Source of the DNA: Corallochytrium limacisporum Hawaii
Lineage: Eukaryota; Protista; Pluriformea
Direction: 5' to 3'
Assembly (NCBI GenBank): GCA_002811645.1
Contig: PDIP01000043.1
Span: forward strand, 84,099-148,098
DNA length: 64,000 nucleotides
Shown: in pieces, positions 1 to 11,490 of the stretch
Layout of the letters: each line of letters begins with the position of its first letter
How positions within the stretch are numbered: position 1 is the first letter of the stretch
Program-made: the position numbers and the translations under genes
The notes under the pieces: generated by a model
The model's input: the letters and a program-made list of their open reading frames with translations, nothing else
Database searches by the model: none
Told to the model about the DNA's origin: nothing

Positions 1-1024
1 TGGTTCAAGTCATGGTGGTAATAGATGCTCATATTTAATTTTTTTGTACGACTACGATGTGTTCAATGTCAAGCCAAAGTCAAAATAGTCCATTTTTGAG
101 AGTAGCAGGGACTCTTCGTTTGAATCAGCTATTGAAATATTTGTAAATGATTGTTAAAAATAGCAAAATATAATGAAATAGAATACAATCAATATAAATT
201 ATTATACAATCAAGATTGAAAAAGATCCTCGGGAGTCAAGTTTTTCGGAGTTTTGACCCTGACATACCAGACAGAGGGTGGTACCACGACCACGGGGTTT
301 TGGCGCAGGCGACCAAATCCAGGTGTGTGGCGGCTCTGGAGGCTTGGAGTCGATTGGTTTTGTGGGGGGTCAGGTGTTCTAAAAATATGCACCTGCCCGT
401 GGATCATGCACAGTCACACGCGTGTGTAACCCAAAAAGAAAATGGAGCGGAAGGGTCGCGGTAGTGATGGGCCCAGCTCGGCGAAGGGGGACACTCTCGA
501 CAATGACCTGCCAGAACATTTTGCACGGTTGAGCCGGAAAGATGGGCGGAAGAGTTTTGGAGAAATTGGAAGAGTCGACGGCTGAGGAGCGCAAATGGTC
601 CGGTGCCGTTTCACACAAAAGAACAAAGTCATCAAGTGAGATAGATAGGAGAAAGGAATGGAAAAGCTTGGTGGTGGTGGTGTGGTGCAGGAGTGTGACT
701 AAGTTCCTCTGATGGTGGTGCTGCGGTTCCATCGGGACACCCCTTGGAAGGGGAAGAAAGGAGGGCCGCTTTTTGCTCCAAACTTGGTTTCGGAAAAACA
801 CAAAACAGTGTCGTTTTATGGCGGATGTCCCTGGCTTCTTTCTGCAGTTACACTGACGGACGATGAGTGTCATGCTCTTCGTGAACATCGGCAAAGCTAT
901 AAGCAAAGCAAAGGATCAGACACTGTAACTTGTTTGCGGGCCGTACTATTTATAGCACACTTTCCTTTGTTCGGGACTCCGGGATTTAGAAACACAAAAG
1001 AAAGTATACAAGGAACCAATAACA

Positions 1025-2236
1025 ATGGTGTCTCCCTCCACTGCCGTCCGCAAGGCAGTCTTCGTTGTAGCCGCCAAGCGCACTGCCTTTGGCACCTTTG
1101 GTGGTGCCCTGGGCGCCATGAGTGCCACCGATTTGGCCGCCCATGCCACCAAGGCCACTATGGAGGCGGGTAAGATCGACCCCAGCATTGTTGATACCGT
1201 AATCGTCGGCAACGTGGCCCAGACCAGCGCCGACGCTGCCTACCTGGCCCGCCATGCTGCTCTCAAGGCTGGTGTCCCGATCGATGTACCTGCCCTGACC
1301 GTAAACCGTCTGTGCGGTTCCGGGTTCCAGGCCGTGATCAACGGTTACCACGAGATCGTGCTCGGCGAGGCTTCAGTCGCTCTTGTTGGTGGCACTGAGT
1401 CCATGTCTCAGGCACCTCACGTCCTTCGCGGTGCGCGCTTCGGCAACCCCCGTCTGGGTCAGGACCTGAAGCTCGAGGATAGCCTGTGGTCCGCGCTGAC
1501 GGACAGCTACGCCAAGATGCCCATGGCCATTACCGCGGAGAACTTGGCTGAAAAGTACAACATTTCGAAGGAGGAGTGTGACGCATTTGCTCTGCGTAGC
1601 CAGCAGCTGTGGGGTAAGGCCAACGAGGCTGGTGCCTTCAAGGCTGAGATCGCTCCTATGACCCTCAAGGTCAAGCGCAAGGAAGTGACCTTTGACACCG
1701 ACGAGCACCCCCGTCCCCACACCACCAAGGAAGGTCTGGCCAAGCTGCCCCCGATTTTCAAGGAGAACGGTACAGTGAGCGCGGGTAATGCCTCTGGAAT
1801 TTGTGACGGTGCTGCCATGCTGGCCCTTGCCTCTGAGGAGGCCGTCAAGCAGCACAACCTGTGCCCCCTGGCCCGCATTACTGGCTATGGTGTTTCGGGC
1901 TGTGACCCTAAGATCATGGGTATTGGACCTGTCCCGGCCGCCAAGAAGGCCATGGCTATGTCCAACACCAAGATTGACGACTTTGACCTGGTTGAAGTAA
2001 ACGAGGCCTTCGCTGCCCAGGCTCTGTCCGTGGCCAAGGAGCTCGGCATTGACCACAACAAGTTCAACCTCCAGGGTGGTGCCATTGCTCTGGGACACCC
2101 TCTGGGTGCCTCCGGTGGTCGCATCACTGGTCATTTGACCCATATGCTGCACTTCAAGGAAGGTGCCAACAAGGTCCTGGGTGCTGCCTGTATTGGAGGT
2201 GGTCAGGGTATTGCCATTTCCATGGAGAAGGCCTAA
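1025..2236 (+). CDS. ACAA2: 3-ketoacyl-CoA thiolase, mitochondrial type
   Basis: 403 aa ORF; VFVVAAKRTAFG start, NRLCGSG (catalytic Cys), NEAFAAQ, GGAIALGHPLGASG, ACIGGGQG thiolase motifs. Confidence 0.95.
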   Translation: MVSPSTAVRKAVFVVAAKRTAFGTFGGALGAMSATDLAAHATKATMEAGKIDPSIVDTVIVGNVAQTSADAAYLARHAALKAGVPIDVPALTVNRLCGSGFQAVINGYHEIVLGEASVALVGGTESMSQAPHVLRGARFGNPRLGQDLKLEDSLWSALTDSYAKMPMAITAENLAEKYNISKEECDAFALRSQQLWGKANEAGAFKAEIAPMTLKVKRKEVTFDTDEHPRPHTTKEGLAKLPPIFKENGTVSAGNASGICDGAAMLALASEEAVKQHNLCPLARITGYGVSGCDPKIMGIGPVPAAKKAMAMSNTKIDDFDLVEVNEAFAAQALSVAKELGIDHNKFNLQGGAIALGHPLGASGGRITGHLTHMLHFKEGANKVLGAACIGGGQGIAISMEKA

Positions 2237-2359
2237 GGCTCATGCTCCACGGTTTGGAATACACGCACACATCTCTCTCGTTTCCATCAGGAATTATAGT
2301 ATAATTTTACATAAACGTAACATTCGATACCGTCCTTGTACATGGCGTATATGGTGACG

Positions 2360-2370
2360 TGGTAATGATT

Positions 2371-2448
<78 letters not shown>

Positions 2449-2456
2449 CGTTGGTA

Positions 2457-2540
<84 letters not shown>

Positions 2541-2546
2541 CGTTGG
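2360..2546. repeat. (GAT)n microsatellite in two tandem blocks, each ending TCGTTGG
   Basis: Runs at 2371-2447 and 2457-2539, between the convergent ACAA2 and ANKRD40 3' ends. Confidence 0.95.
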
Positions 2547-2636
2547 CTATGTAGCGATAGTTGGCAATGATGGTGATGGTCGTAATTGATATGTTCGCGT
2601 TCTGTGCTACTGCGATAGACCTGGTGACGTGCTCGG

Positions 2637-3407
2637 TCAGTCCTTCAAAATGACCTCGACTTCCTGGTTTTCCTGCAATCGTTCGACGTCTCGATCTTTG
2701 CGGATAATCACATTTGGCAGCTTGCGGATCCGCCAGACGGTAGACGGCTGAATTTCGAGCTCTTCGCTGCAGGCCGTGACCAAACCGTGATACGTACGTT
2801 CTCCGACTTCCATTTCGAAGAAATCGTCGTCCTCGCAGTTACCCAAGCGGACCTTCAAGACCAGCGGACCCTGTGTTGACGAACCTTCCGCTACTGATCC
2901 AGAACTATTTGTGCTGGCAGCTGCAGCGTCCTGGGTAGGCACCTCTGCGGTGTTACAGCTCTCATCGATAGTCACCGACTTCTTGCGGACGGGCGGGTTC
3001 TCCCTGTTGACCGCGGCCTCGTTGCGCTCCGGACCGTCAGGGCCATAAAAGAATTCGGGGTGGCGCACATAGTTGGGTGTGAAAGAGGCATTGCCACTGC
3101 CTTGGTCCTCAGGCACGGAAGGTTCCCCAAGGATCTTTGCGGTCTTTTCGCTCTTGACCAGGGCGGAGGCGGTCTCGCCACGCTGGTTCTTCAGGGTCTT
3201 GTCAGCTCCGTTGACCATCAGGAAGCTCACCACGTCGTTGTTACCCCGGTGAACTGCCCAATGCAAAGCAGTCCACCCGTTCATTTTGTTCTGACCATTC
3301 ATGTCCACACCCTGCTTCACCAGTTTGGTGACTTTCTCCAGGTTTCCCAGCGCCGCGGCCTGCCGCAGATCCTCCTGCAGTTCGTATTGCACGTTCTGTT
3401 TGATCAT
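2637..3407 (-). CDS. ANKRD40: Ankyrin repeat domain-containing protein 40 homologue
   Basis: Ankyrin repeats (GWTALHWAVHRG), FTPNYVRHP motif and C-terminal LVLKVR...DFFEME...IRKLPNVIIRKDRDVERLQ domain; first in-frame ATG at 3407. Confidence 0.88.
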   Translation of the reverse strand: MIKQNVQYELQEDLRQAAALGNLEKVTKLVKQGVDMNGQNKMNGWTALHWAVHRGNNDVVSFLMVNGADKTLKNQRGETASALVKSEKTAKILGEPSVPEDQGSGNASFTPNYVRHPEFFYGPDGPERNEAAVNRENPPVRKKSVTIDESCNTAEVPTQDAAAASTNSSGSVAEGSSTQGPLVLKVRLGNCEDDDFFEMEVGERTYHGLVTACSEELEIQPSTVWRIRKLPNVIIRKDRDVERLQENQEVEVILKD

Positions 3408-3639
3408 CCTCTTCCCTATGAATCTATGTGTGTATTTCACTATTCATAACAAGCCGCCCATCAACCGGCTTCTTATTCTTCGATTGGTCACATGACTGCT
3501 TGTGCAGCCCACTGCTGCGAACCCAACTTCACAGAAGTACCACCACTCCGTGTTGCACATGTTCCCAAGTCCCACTCCACTTCTTCCCCCCTTCCCCTGG
3601 CGCGGGTCTCATGGACCCAGCCTACACTGTTTGCAACAG

Positions 3640-4917
3640 ATCTGATTGCAACCGCAGCCCCCCTCTCTCGCAGCCCCTCCTGTCTGGGCTTGGAGGTGCT
3701 GCTGCCCAGCCCTTACACCCCCCCCCTGGGTCCGTGCTGTAAGGGGCCATCACTCCGCCTGAGCATGGGGGGGTATTCTTTTGCTTGGGTATATTTTTTT
3801 TTTCTGCTTTGGCTCCCTTTTTTTTTTCTTCTCTTTTGGGTTTCTTCTTCTTCAACTCATTGGTCAGTGTGTGTGGTGTGTGAAAGGATCTCGTGCTCAC
3901 AGTTCCCTAGCCCTAACCCTCCCGGAGTTTTGTTGGTTTTTTTGGGGGGTGGGGGAGAGGAAAGGGAAGGGAGGAGGAAGGGGGGAGGCGCCAGGTTTCT
4001 TCCAGTCTCTGCAAGCCCTTGAGTACCAACTACCAACGGGGTAGGTAGTTAAGCAAAAAAAGAAAACAGAAAATATGCCCACAGTGCTGTGGAAAACAGC
4101 AATATCACGGGCAGGTTCCAATGAATACTGGCGCTATAGTGATATAGTCAGCGGAAGAGTGGCGGCACTGTCGGTTCACTGCTGCTCGGTAGTCAGTGAA
4201 CCTGGGAGGGGCTCCCTTACCGAGAGCACCGTGTTATTTTTTTTTACGGTGGCGAAGCCCCCCCGGGAGCGATAAATGATACCCTAAAACATATTTATTA
4301 TCGATTGAAAGGGGGGCCGTGAAGAAGGAGCCAAGGGGCGACCTTCTCTTGGTTGGTTGGGTGGCCTCCCGCGGGGGGGGGGTGGTTGTTCTGTGTGAGA
4401 GTCAAGTATCGAGAGGGGTGTACCATAGCCAATGTACTGGTGTTTTCTGTTTACGGGGGAGTCGCTTTTTGCGTCCGTTGCCAAAGAATGATGGAAAACA
4501 GAAGTCAAAAGAAAAAAGGAAAAACAAGGACCTCCTGCTTACCATCGTGAAATTCCATAGTGCAAGCACTGATTTTTGTCCTAAGGTAGATTTGCCCAGT
4601 AGCCAGCCATGGGGCCTCTGCCTCCCTCTCCACGTTGTCCTCCCCCCGCCCCGGCGGACGTTTGTTGCTCGGCCATTGTTCGCGAAGGCAGCAGGCCGTT
4701 GGTTACGGCGCACTGTCGGCCTTCCCCCCGGGGGGCGAGGGGTTCTCCCCCTTTTTGCCCTTGTGCGCGTGTGTGTCTCTCTCTCTTCTCTCTCTCGCTC
4801 TCTCTCTCCTTTTCTTTTGCTTGGGTTCTTGCCCGGTGGTGCGGGTACGGACGGAAAAACGAAAACAAAAAAAAATATACGCCAACCCTGCCCAGCCCGC
4901 GCTCGCTCTCTCTGTTT

Positions 4918-4967
<50 letters not shown>

Positions 4968-5937
4968 TTCTCTGTGTTCGTTCGTGCGCGACCCGGGAGA
5001 GCCGCCGAGCGCACTTTCGCTGGCGAAGGATGCGAATTGGCACTGCCCCGGGGGNNNNNNNNNNNNNNNNNNNNNNNNNNNNNNNNNNNNNNNNNNNNNN
5101 NNNNNNNNNNNNNNNNNNNNNNNNNNNNNNNNNNNNNNNNNNNNNNNNNNNNNNNNNNNNNNNNNNNNNNNNNNNNNNNNNNNNNNNNNNNNNNNNNNNN
5201 NNNNNNNNNNNNNNNNNNNNNNNNNNNNNNNNNNNNNNNNNNNNNNNNNNNNNNNNNNNNNNNNNNNGGGGCCGGTGTGGCATGTGCGCCGGCGCGCCCC
5301 GAGACCTCCCGGGCCTGTGCGGGGGAGAGAGGGGGGGGTTTAGGGAGGCCCGAAGACGCGCGCTGCCCCGGGGCGCTGCTGTGGTACACGCTACACACAC
5401 AGTCCGAACACGCTCCCGGTGGCCTCCCCCACGAAAAATCTGGGCGGCCGCTGGTGGTGGTGGTGACTCTGCGGCGTCTCCCACTTTTTTTTCTATATTT
5501 CCTTTTCTTTACAGGGAGACGGCCCCCCGTAGGGCACGAGAGCGAGAGTCAGAGAGAGAGAGTTAAAAAAAAAGCCACGGGGGAATTTTCCCTTTTTTTT
5601 TTCCTTTGGTCCAAAAAGCGCGCGCAATGTTGCATCCACGCACGACCGGCCCCCCCTCCCAAAAAAAAAGTGGCTGTTTTCCCTTTTTCTTGCTGTTCTT
5701 TGGTTCTCACCCCGGGCGTTGTGGTTGGAACAGTGCGCTCTGCGTGTGTGTGTGTGTATACCGGGCAAAAGGAAAGTTTGGGGGAGGGCAAAAAAGAAAT
5801 TCGTAAACACGGGCAAATGGGGTGAAAGTGTGGGCCAATTAAATCGCGAACACCAAAGGCTTGCCATAGCTACAGACCAACTGCGCCCCTTCCTTCCCGT
5901 CGCTGTTGTCTTGCTCAGAGCTGGTACCAACACTCCA

Positions 5938-5970
<33 letters not shown>
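3640..5970. promoter_or_regulatory. Low-complexity island (G/C and A/T homopolymers, (CT)n, (CA)n) in the ANKRD40/CCT6 divergent spacer; presumed promoter region
   Basis: Repeated G, C and T runs; (CT)n near 4925-4961; (CA)n near 5939-5967; lies between two divergent starts. Function is inferred. Confidence 0.5.
5055..5267. other. Assembly gap (N run)
   Basis: Run of n flanked by G runs. Confidence 1.
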
Positions 5971-6238
5971 GCACGCTCCGTGCCTGAAAATCAACTCGAC
6001 CGAACTTGGGACACAGAGCGGAATGCGGTCGGACGCGGAACCGGTGACGGTGGAAGAAGCTATTTCATGTAGCCGAGGGATGGTATTGGAAATGTGGCTG
6101 AAAAATTCGCTTACAGTCACGCACATGGAATAAGTGAGTCCTGGACCGGGTTCTGATCTTCTTCCATTTTGACGCCACTCCAAGTGCGTGAGATAAAGAA
6201 TAGTTCTAGAGTTTGGTGTACAGATCAAACGTAACAAT

Positions 6239-7840
6239 ATGTCGGCCGTGAAACAGGTGAACCCTGATGCGGAAGTGGCAAGGGCCAGTCAGGCACTGCA
6301 GATCAACATCCAAGCTGCACAAGGTCTCATGGAGGTGCTGAAGAGCAATCTTGGACCAAAGGGTACGCTAAAGATGCTGGTCTCCGGTACAGGTGATATC
6401 AAGCTGACCAAAGATGGTAATGTGCTACTGCACGAAATGCAGATCCAGCACCCTACTGCCTCCATGATTGCGCGGGCCTCGACTGCCCACGAAGAGATCA
6501 CCGGCGACGGCACAACCTCCAATGTACTGATCATTGGCGAGTTGCTTCGCCAAGCCGACCGCTTCGTGAGCGAAGGTCTGCACCCCCGGGTTCTCACAGA
6601 GGGATTCGAAATGGCCAAGAACAAAGCACTTGAAGTGCTGGAGTCTAAGAAAGTCGAGAAGGGAGACCTTATGCAGGACCGCAACACCCTGCTTGAGGTG
6701 GCACGCACTTCCCTGCGCACCAAGTTGCAACCAAAGATGGCTGATATCCTGACTGAGCACGTTGTCGATGCCGTCCTAGCCATCAAGCGCGACAATGAGG
6801 CCATTGATCTCCACATGGTTGAGAGCATGCACATGATGCACAAGAGCGATGTTGACAGCAAACTGGTCCGTGGCCTGGTGCTGGACCACGGTGCCCGTCA
6901 CCCGGACATGCCCAAGGAGGTGAAGAATGCCTACATTATGATTGCTAACGTTAGCTTGGAGTACGAAAAGACTGAGGTCAACTCAGGTTTCTTCTACTCA
7001 TCTGCCGAGGAACGGGAGAAACTTGTGGAAGCCGAACGTCGCTTCATTGACGAGCGCGTGAAATGCATCATTGCCCTGAAGCGTGAGGTCTGTGATACCC
7101 CCGACAAGAACTTTGTGCTCATCAACCAGAAGGGCATTGACCCCCTGTCCCTGGACATGCTCGCCAAGGAGAACATTGTCGCTCTGCGTCGTGCCAAGCG
7201 CCGCAACATGGAGCGTCTGGCGTTGGCCTGCGGAGGCTACGCAGTGAATGCTGTGGACGATCTCAACAAAGACTGCCTGGGATGGGCTGGCCATGTCTAC
7301 GAACACGTGCTCGGTGAGGACAAGTACACCTTTGTAGAGGACGTGAAGAACCCCAAGAGTGTGACCATCCTGCTCAAGGGCTCCACTTCCCACACCATCA
7401 AACAGCTGAAGGATGCCCAAAGGGACGGTCTGATGGCCGTGAAGAACGCCATTGAGGATAATGCATTAGTAGCCGGTGCGGGTGCGTTTGAGGTTGCCTT
7501 GTACTCTGAACTCATGGAATTTGCCAAGACGGTGAACACCAAGGCACGCCTTGGTGTGGAGGCCTACGCGGAAGCCATGATGATCATTCCCAAGACCCTG
7601 GCCAACAATGCTGGTTATGATCCCCAGGACATTAAGGTCAAGCTGCTCGCCGAGTATGCCAATGGTCACGAAAGTGGTCTCGATTTGGCCACCGGAGAAC
7701 CCCTGGACCCCGTTGCCGAAGGCATTTGGGACAACTATCGCGTGAAGCGTCAGATTCTGCACTCCTCAGTTGTCATTGCCAGCAATTTGCTGCTGGTTGA
7801 TGAGATGATGCGTGCCGGACGCACGTCTCTCAAGGGATAA
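6239..7840 (+). CDS. CCT6: T-complex protein 1 subunit zeta
   Basis: 533 aa; [67 protein letters not shown]. Confidence 0.97.
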   Translation: MSAVKQVNPDAEVARASQALQINIQAAQGLMEVLKSNLGPKGTLKMLVSGTGDIKLTKDGNVLLHEMQIQHPTASMIARASTAHEEITGDGTTSNVLIIGELLRQADRFVSEGLHPRVLTEGFEMAKNKALEVLESKKVEKGDLMQDRNTLLEVARTSLRTKLQPKMADILTEHVVDAVLAIKRDNEAIDLHMVESMHMMHKSDVDSKLVRGLVLDHGARHPDMPKEVKNAYIMIANVSLEYEKTEVNSGFFYSSAEEREKLVEAERRFIDERVKCIIALKREVCDTPDKNFVLINQKGIDPLSLDMLAKENIVALRRAKRRNMERLALACGGYAVNAVDDLNKDCLGWAGHVYEHVLGEDKYTFVEDVKNPKSVTILLKGSTSHTIKQLKDAQRDGLMAVKNAIEDNALVAGAGAFEVALYSELMEFAKTVNTKARLGVEAYAEAMMIIPKTLANNAGYDPQDIKVKLLAEYANGHESGLDLATGEPLDPVAEGIWDNYRVKRQILHSSVVIASNLLLVDEMMRAGRTSLKG

Positions 7841-8070
7841 AACGAGAAGGACGTGACATACACGGACACACGGATACAAGAATCATACCGGAAGAAATGC
7901 AGGGCCACAATGTCATCTTCCGAATACCATACCAACACAACATGTTGTATAAATAAACCCACCATTTTTGCATCATGACTCCTCCTCTGATTGGATGCTT
8001 GGTACAGCTACGAACTACTTTCTCATTCTATTTAGCTTCACTAATAGTCTTACTAGGTGCTCTGCGCCGT

Positions 8071-10761
8071 CTATGTGGCCATTGCATCGTCATCACCATC
8101 ACCGTTACTATCGTCCTCCAGGAACTCACGGTAGCAGTCCTCAGCAAAATACTCCTCACCTGCCTCCAGGGGTTGGTACACCCACTTCGGGAATACACGC
8201 TTGTACAGGGTCAGGCATACCGTGTCGCTCTGTTTCAAAGGTCCATCAAAGACGCACTTCATGTGCCCGTGCGTACCGATGGAGTCGACAATGTGGCCTC
8301 TTCTGCCGAGTTTGGTCCAGAGTTCTAGCGGTTTGAAGTAGTGAATGTCGGTTGGGTTGAAGAACATGAATCGAATCACTGCACTGCGCTGGTGGATCTT
8401 GAAAGGATGACCAGATAGGATGATCTTCTTGATGTTCAAGCGGTCGGGGTGAACGCTTAGGACCTGACCCGTGGCTACCGGCATATAGCTGTTACCCTCG
8501 GCACTGAAACAGATTACTGGTGCCGGAGGGAAGAAGATGGGCGCATACATGGTGGCGATGACAACCACTTGATCATCGCTGGCAGACTCTAAGGTCTTGC
8601 CATGACCTCCGTCTAGGAACCGCTTCATGCGGTGCTTGTCGCTGAGTGAGTGCTCAGACAGGATTGGCCGCGTCACGAAACGTCGGTACCCGACCTGGAC
8701 CATGAGAGGTTCTTTGTTGGCCACGATTTCGTGTGGATAGTGAGTCCGCTTGAGCAGAACATTTATCACCGACATGCGGTGCTCAAACCGCAGCATGTTG
8801 GTGACCACTACGGGACTGCGTCGATCGACCGCTAGCAAATTATGCAATTTCTCCGCAGCCTTCACGACGGTCGGTTCATCGCTACCCATACTGTTGGCGG
8901 CACTGGTGCTCTCCTCAACATCGGAAGGGTCAACATTTTCCTGCTTGCAATGTTCGGCAACAATGCGAAGCTTTAGATGGATGTACGTGGCCTCCGGGAT
9001 CTGTCCTTCTTCCGTCTTCACACGCTTGCGGATGCGACGGAAGTTCTGGAACTTAAATATACGACTGTAGTTGAAAGGGAGACTCTCGTTGACGTCCCAG
9101 GCGCTGGTACGGAAGGATTTCAGTCCTCGGTACCGTTGGAAACGTGTGCGGGCTGGCTTGTCCATGGGAGTGTCAATTTCATCTGGGAACGCTTGTTCCT
9201 CCTCGAAGCGTACGCGTCGCTCGGCTTTGGCCTTGGCGACAGCCTCCGGGTCAAAGTCATCGCCAACAGTTTTGTCGTAGGCCTCATCGCGCTGCTCGGG
9301 TACGACCTCTTCGTACTCTTCGTGCTCTGCGTTGTCATCATCCGTACCGTGGCCTTCATCGATGTGCTGCATGTCGTAGTCATCACCAATGTCCTGCATT
9401 TCTTCGTCTTCATCACTTTCACTTTCTTCCTCGTCATCACTCAGATCATCATCGTCGTCGTCCAGGAACCATGCGGCCTGGTAACTCGAGGTACCCTTCG
9501 GCACCTTGCGTCCCTTGGCCTGCTTCTTGTGTGCCTCCATCATCTCCTGTTCAGCCTCCGCAGCGCGGATCTCCTCGTCCGTGGGGAAGGTTTGTTCTGC
9601 ATCCATGGGGTCCACTTCGGCCTCTTGTACCAGAATATCCTGGTGCTCCGGGTTCGGCAGGACCGGGGCCTGACCCTCGTCCGTGTTCATGGACACTTCT
9701 CGACCACGACGCTCGGCCTTGGTTAGGAAAGGTCCGTGCACGACTTGACACTCCTCAACCTGGAAATCACCGAGTCCAGACACGTGGAACAGAGTGTTCA
9801 CATTTAGCTCTCGTCCGCGCACGTAACCTTTGAGGTGCAGAAAAGCTGTGTTGTTGTTTTGGTTGTACTCAACTGCAGCCTCATCGGCGACGAGGTAGGC
9901 CCTTTCTTGGCGCCAGCTGAGCAGCTCCCGCCTGTGATCCGTCAATGCACGGCTGAACAATGCAATATCAGCTTGACTGTCCAGAGTGTAAAATTTCTCC
10001 TCCCGTGGGAAACGCTGCTGAATATCCTGCAGAACAATTGCCCGAGTCTGCTTCTTCTTCTGTAGCGGCAGAGACCCCAATCCAAACACGCAGTGCAGTG
10101 TGGCCGGAACGCCCTGGGTCTTGATCATACTGGTGACCATTTCATCAAATGGTGTGAGATACTTAGGTACATGGCTGCCTTCGGGTCCCAGCATTTTTGG
10201 CTCAGCACCCTGTAGAAACAGGATGGTGTCCGCGACATACGCGCTGTTGAGCATGGCCATGAGGTTCCTTGGCGGTGTGAGCAGAACAAAGTTCTGTTTC
10301 GATTGCTCCACTGTAAAGTAGTGCATGTCATTCTGCCAGCCATTGAGCTGTAAATCCACGTCTGATTGTGCTTTGTCCTTGCCATTCAATTTCTGACCGA
10401 GACTGCGGCTCCGTACCAAAGTGTATTCTCTCTTAAAAATGTCCAGGAGCATAGCTTGCAGGAGGGGCGCGGTGGTGCCCTGCGCCAGAACCAGGATAAT
10501 CTGAGGTGCACCGTGCTCTCCACCAATAGACTTCTTCAGGGCTCGTGCTGCCTCTTTCTTGGCCTTCATTTTGGCCAAGAGCTGCTGTCTGCGCTGTTGC
10601 CGGTTCTGAGTCTTCGACTTTGGTCCTGTATGTTTCGTGTCAACCTTACCCTTATTGAGGTTGTCAAGCTGTCCCTTTGTTTTATGCTTGCCATGCTTGT
10701 GAGCCTTATTCTGTTGCTTCAGCTTACCAGCACGGTGCCCACTGCCCCGTGAGGTGGTCAT
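8071..10761 (-). CDS. TSR1: Pre-rRNA-processing protein TSR1
   Basis: 896 aa; LKQQNKAHKHG, VPKGTSSYQAAW, FPDEIDTP, RFQRYRGLKSFRTS, GTHGHMKCVFD, LYKRVFPKW. Confidence 0.95.
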   Translation of the reverse strand: MTTSRGSGHRAGKLKQQNKAHKHGKHKTKGQLDNLNKGKVDTKHTGPKSKTQNRQQRRQQLLAKMKAKKEAARALKKSIGGEHGAPQIILVLAQGTTAPLLQAMLLDIFKREYTLVRSRSLGQKLNGKDKAQSDVDLQLNGWQNDMHYFTVEQSKQNFVLLTPPRNLMAMLNSAYVADTILFLQGAEPKMLGPEGSHVPKYLTPFDEMVTSMIKTQGVPATLHCVFGLGSLPLQKKKQTRAIVLQDIQQRFPREEKFYTLDSQADIALFSRALTDHRRELLSWRQERAYLVADEAAVEYNQNNNTAFLHLKGYVRGRELNVNTLFHVSGLGDFQVEECQVVHGPFLTKAERRGREVSMNTDEGQAPVLPNPEHQDILVQEAEVDPMDAEQTFPTDEEIRAAEAEQEMMEAHKKQAKGRKVPKGTSSYQAAWFLDDDDDDLSDDEEESESDEDEEMQDIGDDYDMQHIDEGHGTDDDNAEHEEYEEVVPEQRDEAYDKTVGDDFDPEAVAKAKAERRVRFEEEQAFPDEIDTPMDKPARTRFQRYRGLKSFRTSAWDVNESLPFNYSRIFKFQNFRRIRKRVKTEEGQIPEATYIHLKLRIVAEHCKQENVDPSDVEESTSAANSMGSDEPTVVKAAEKLHNLLAVDRRSPVVVTNMLRFEHRMSVINVLLKRTHYPHEIVANKEPLMVQVGYRRFVTRPILSEHSLSDKHRMKRFLDGGHGKTLESASDDQVVVIATMYAPIFFPPAPVICFSAEGNSYMPVATGQVLSVHPDRLNIKKIILSGHPFKIHQRSAVIRFMFFNPTDIHYFKPLELWTKLGRRGHIVDSIGTHGHMKCVFDGPLKQSDTVCLTLYKRVFPKWVYQPLEAGEEYFAEDCYREFLEDDSNGDGDDDAMAT

Positions 10762-11490
10762 GGTTATCTACCTATTAGTTAAATATTTCAGACTCTGTAC
10801 AGTAGTGATCCTTCACTCCATCACCGGTGGGTCACTAGGTGTGTATCGAAATCTAAGAGTGTGACTGATCTGGAGCGATTTTTTTTTGCATTCCTGCGAA
10901 TTCTTAAATCTGCTTGAAATAGCGTTATGCACAGAGATTCATTGAAGAGACCACTATTGTTACCCTAGAAATCCTGTGTCTCCGTGCCGCTGTGCCAAAG
11001 TCCCAGAGACCAGGGCGCACACGCACCCCCCCCCACCACACGGAACCCACCTGACTGTGGGCCGTTTGCGGGGGCCCATTTCAAGAAAGGCGGGTCTCCA
11101 CATCCCCCTCCCCTTCTCCTAACCGGCCAAGTGGGGGGGAGGGGGTGGCGTAGACCCCACGCGCCGACTGTGTGCGTGTTTCCCAAGGGGTGAGACCGTC
11201 CCCGCTTGCACACTGTCACCTCTTTCCCCCTTCCCCACCGACGGTCCCAACACGCGGGAATTGCTTTTTAAAAAGAATGGCAGGCAGTAAAAAAATAACG
11301 GCGATGGGGGGGGGAGGGGGGCACAGTTAGTTTGATTCCACCTTCGTGCTTCACTGACGGATCGGTTGGTTGTACAGAGAGTGGATAGTCCGGTGACATG
11401 TCTTCAGCGTGGACGTGGTATGCCGATAAGGGGGGTCTAAAATGGTGTCAGTCTACTAAGGGTGTTTATGTTACACTAGTGTGGTCGGGT

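Noticed and set aside
1-210. GGTTCAAGTC at the window start and a very AT-rich tract
   Set aside because: No cloverleaf; most likely the 3' region of a gene outside the window
4319-5825. Long ORFs in several frames spanning the N gap (also near 22750-23290 and 34530-34910)
   Set aside because: Artefacts of N runs and low-complexity repeats
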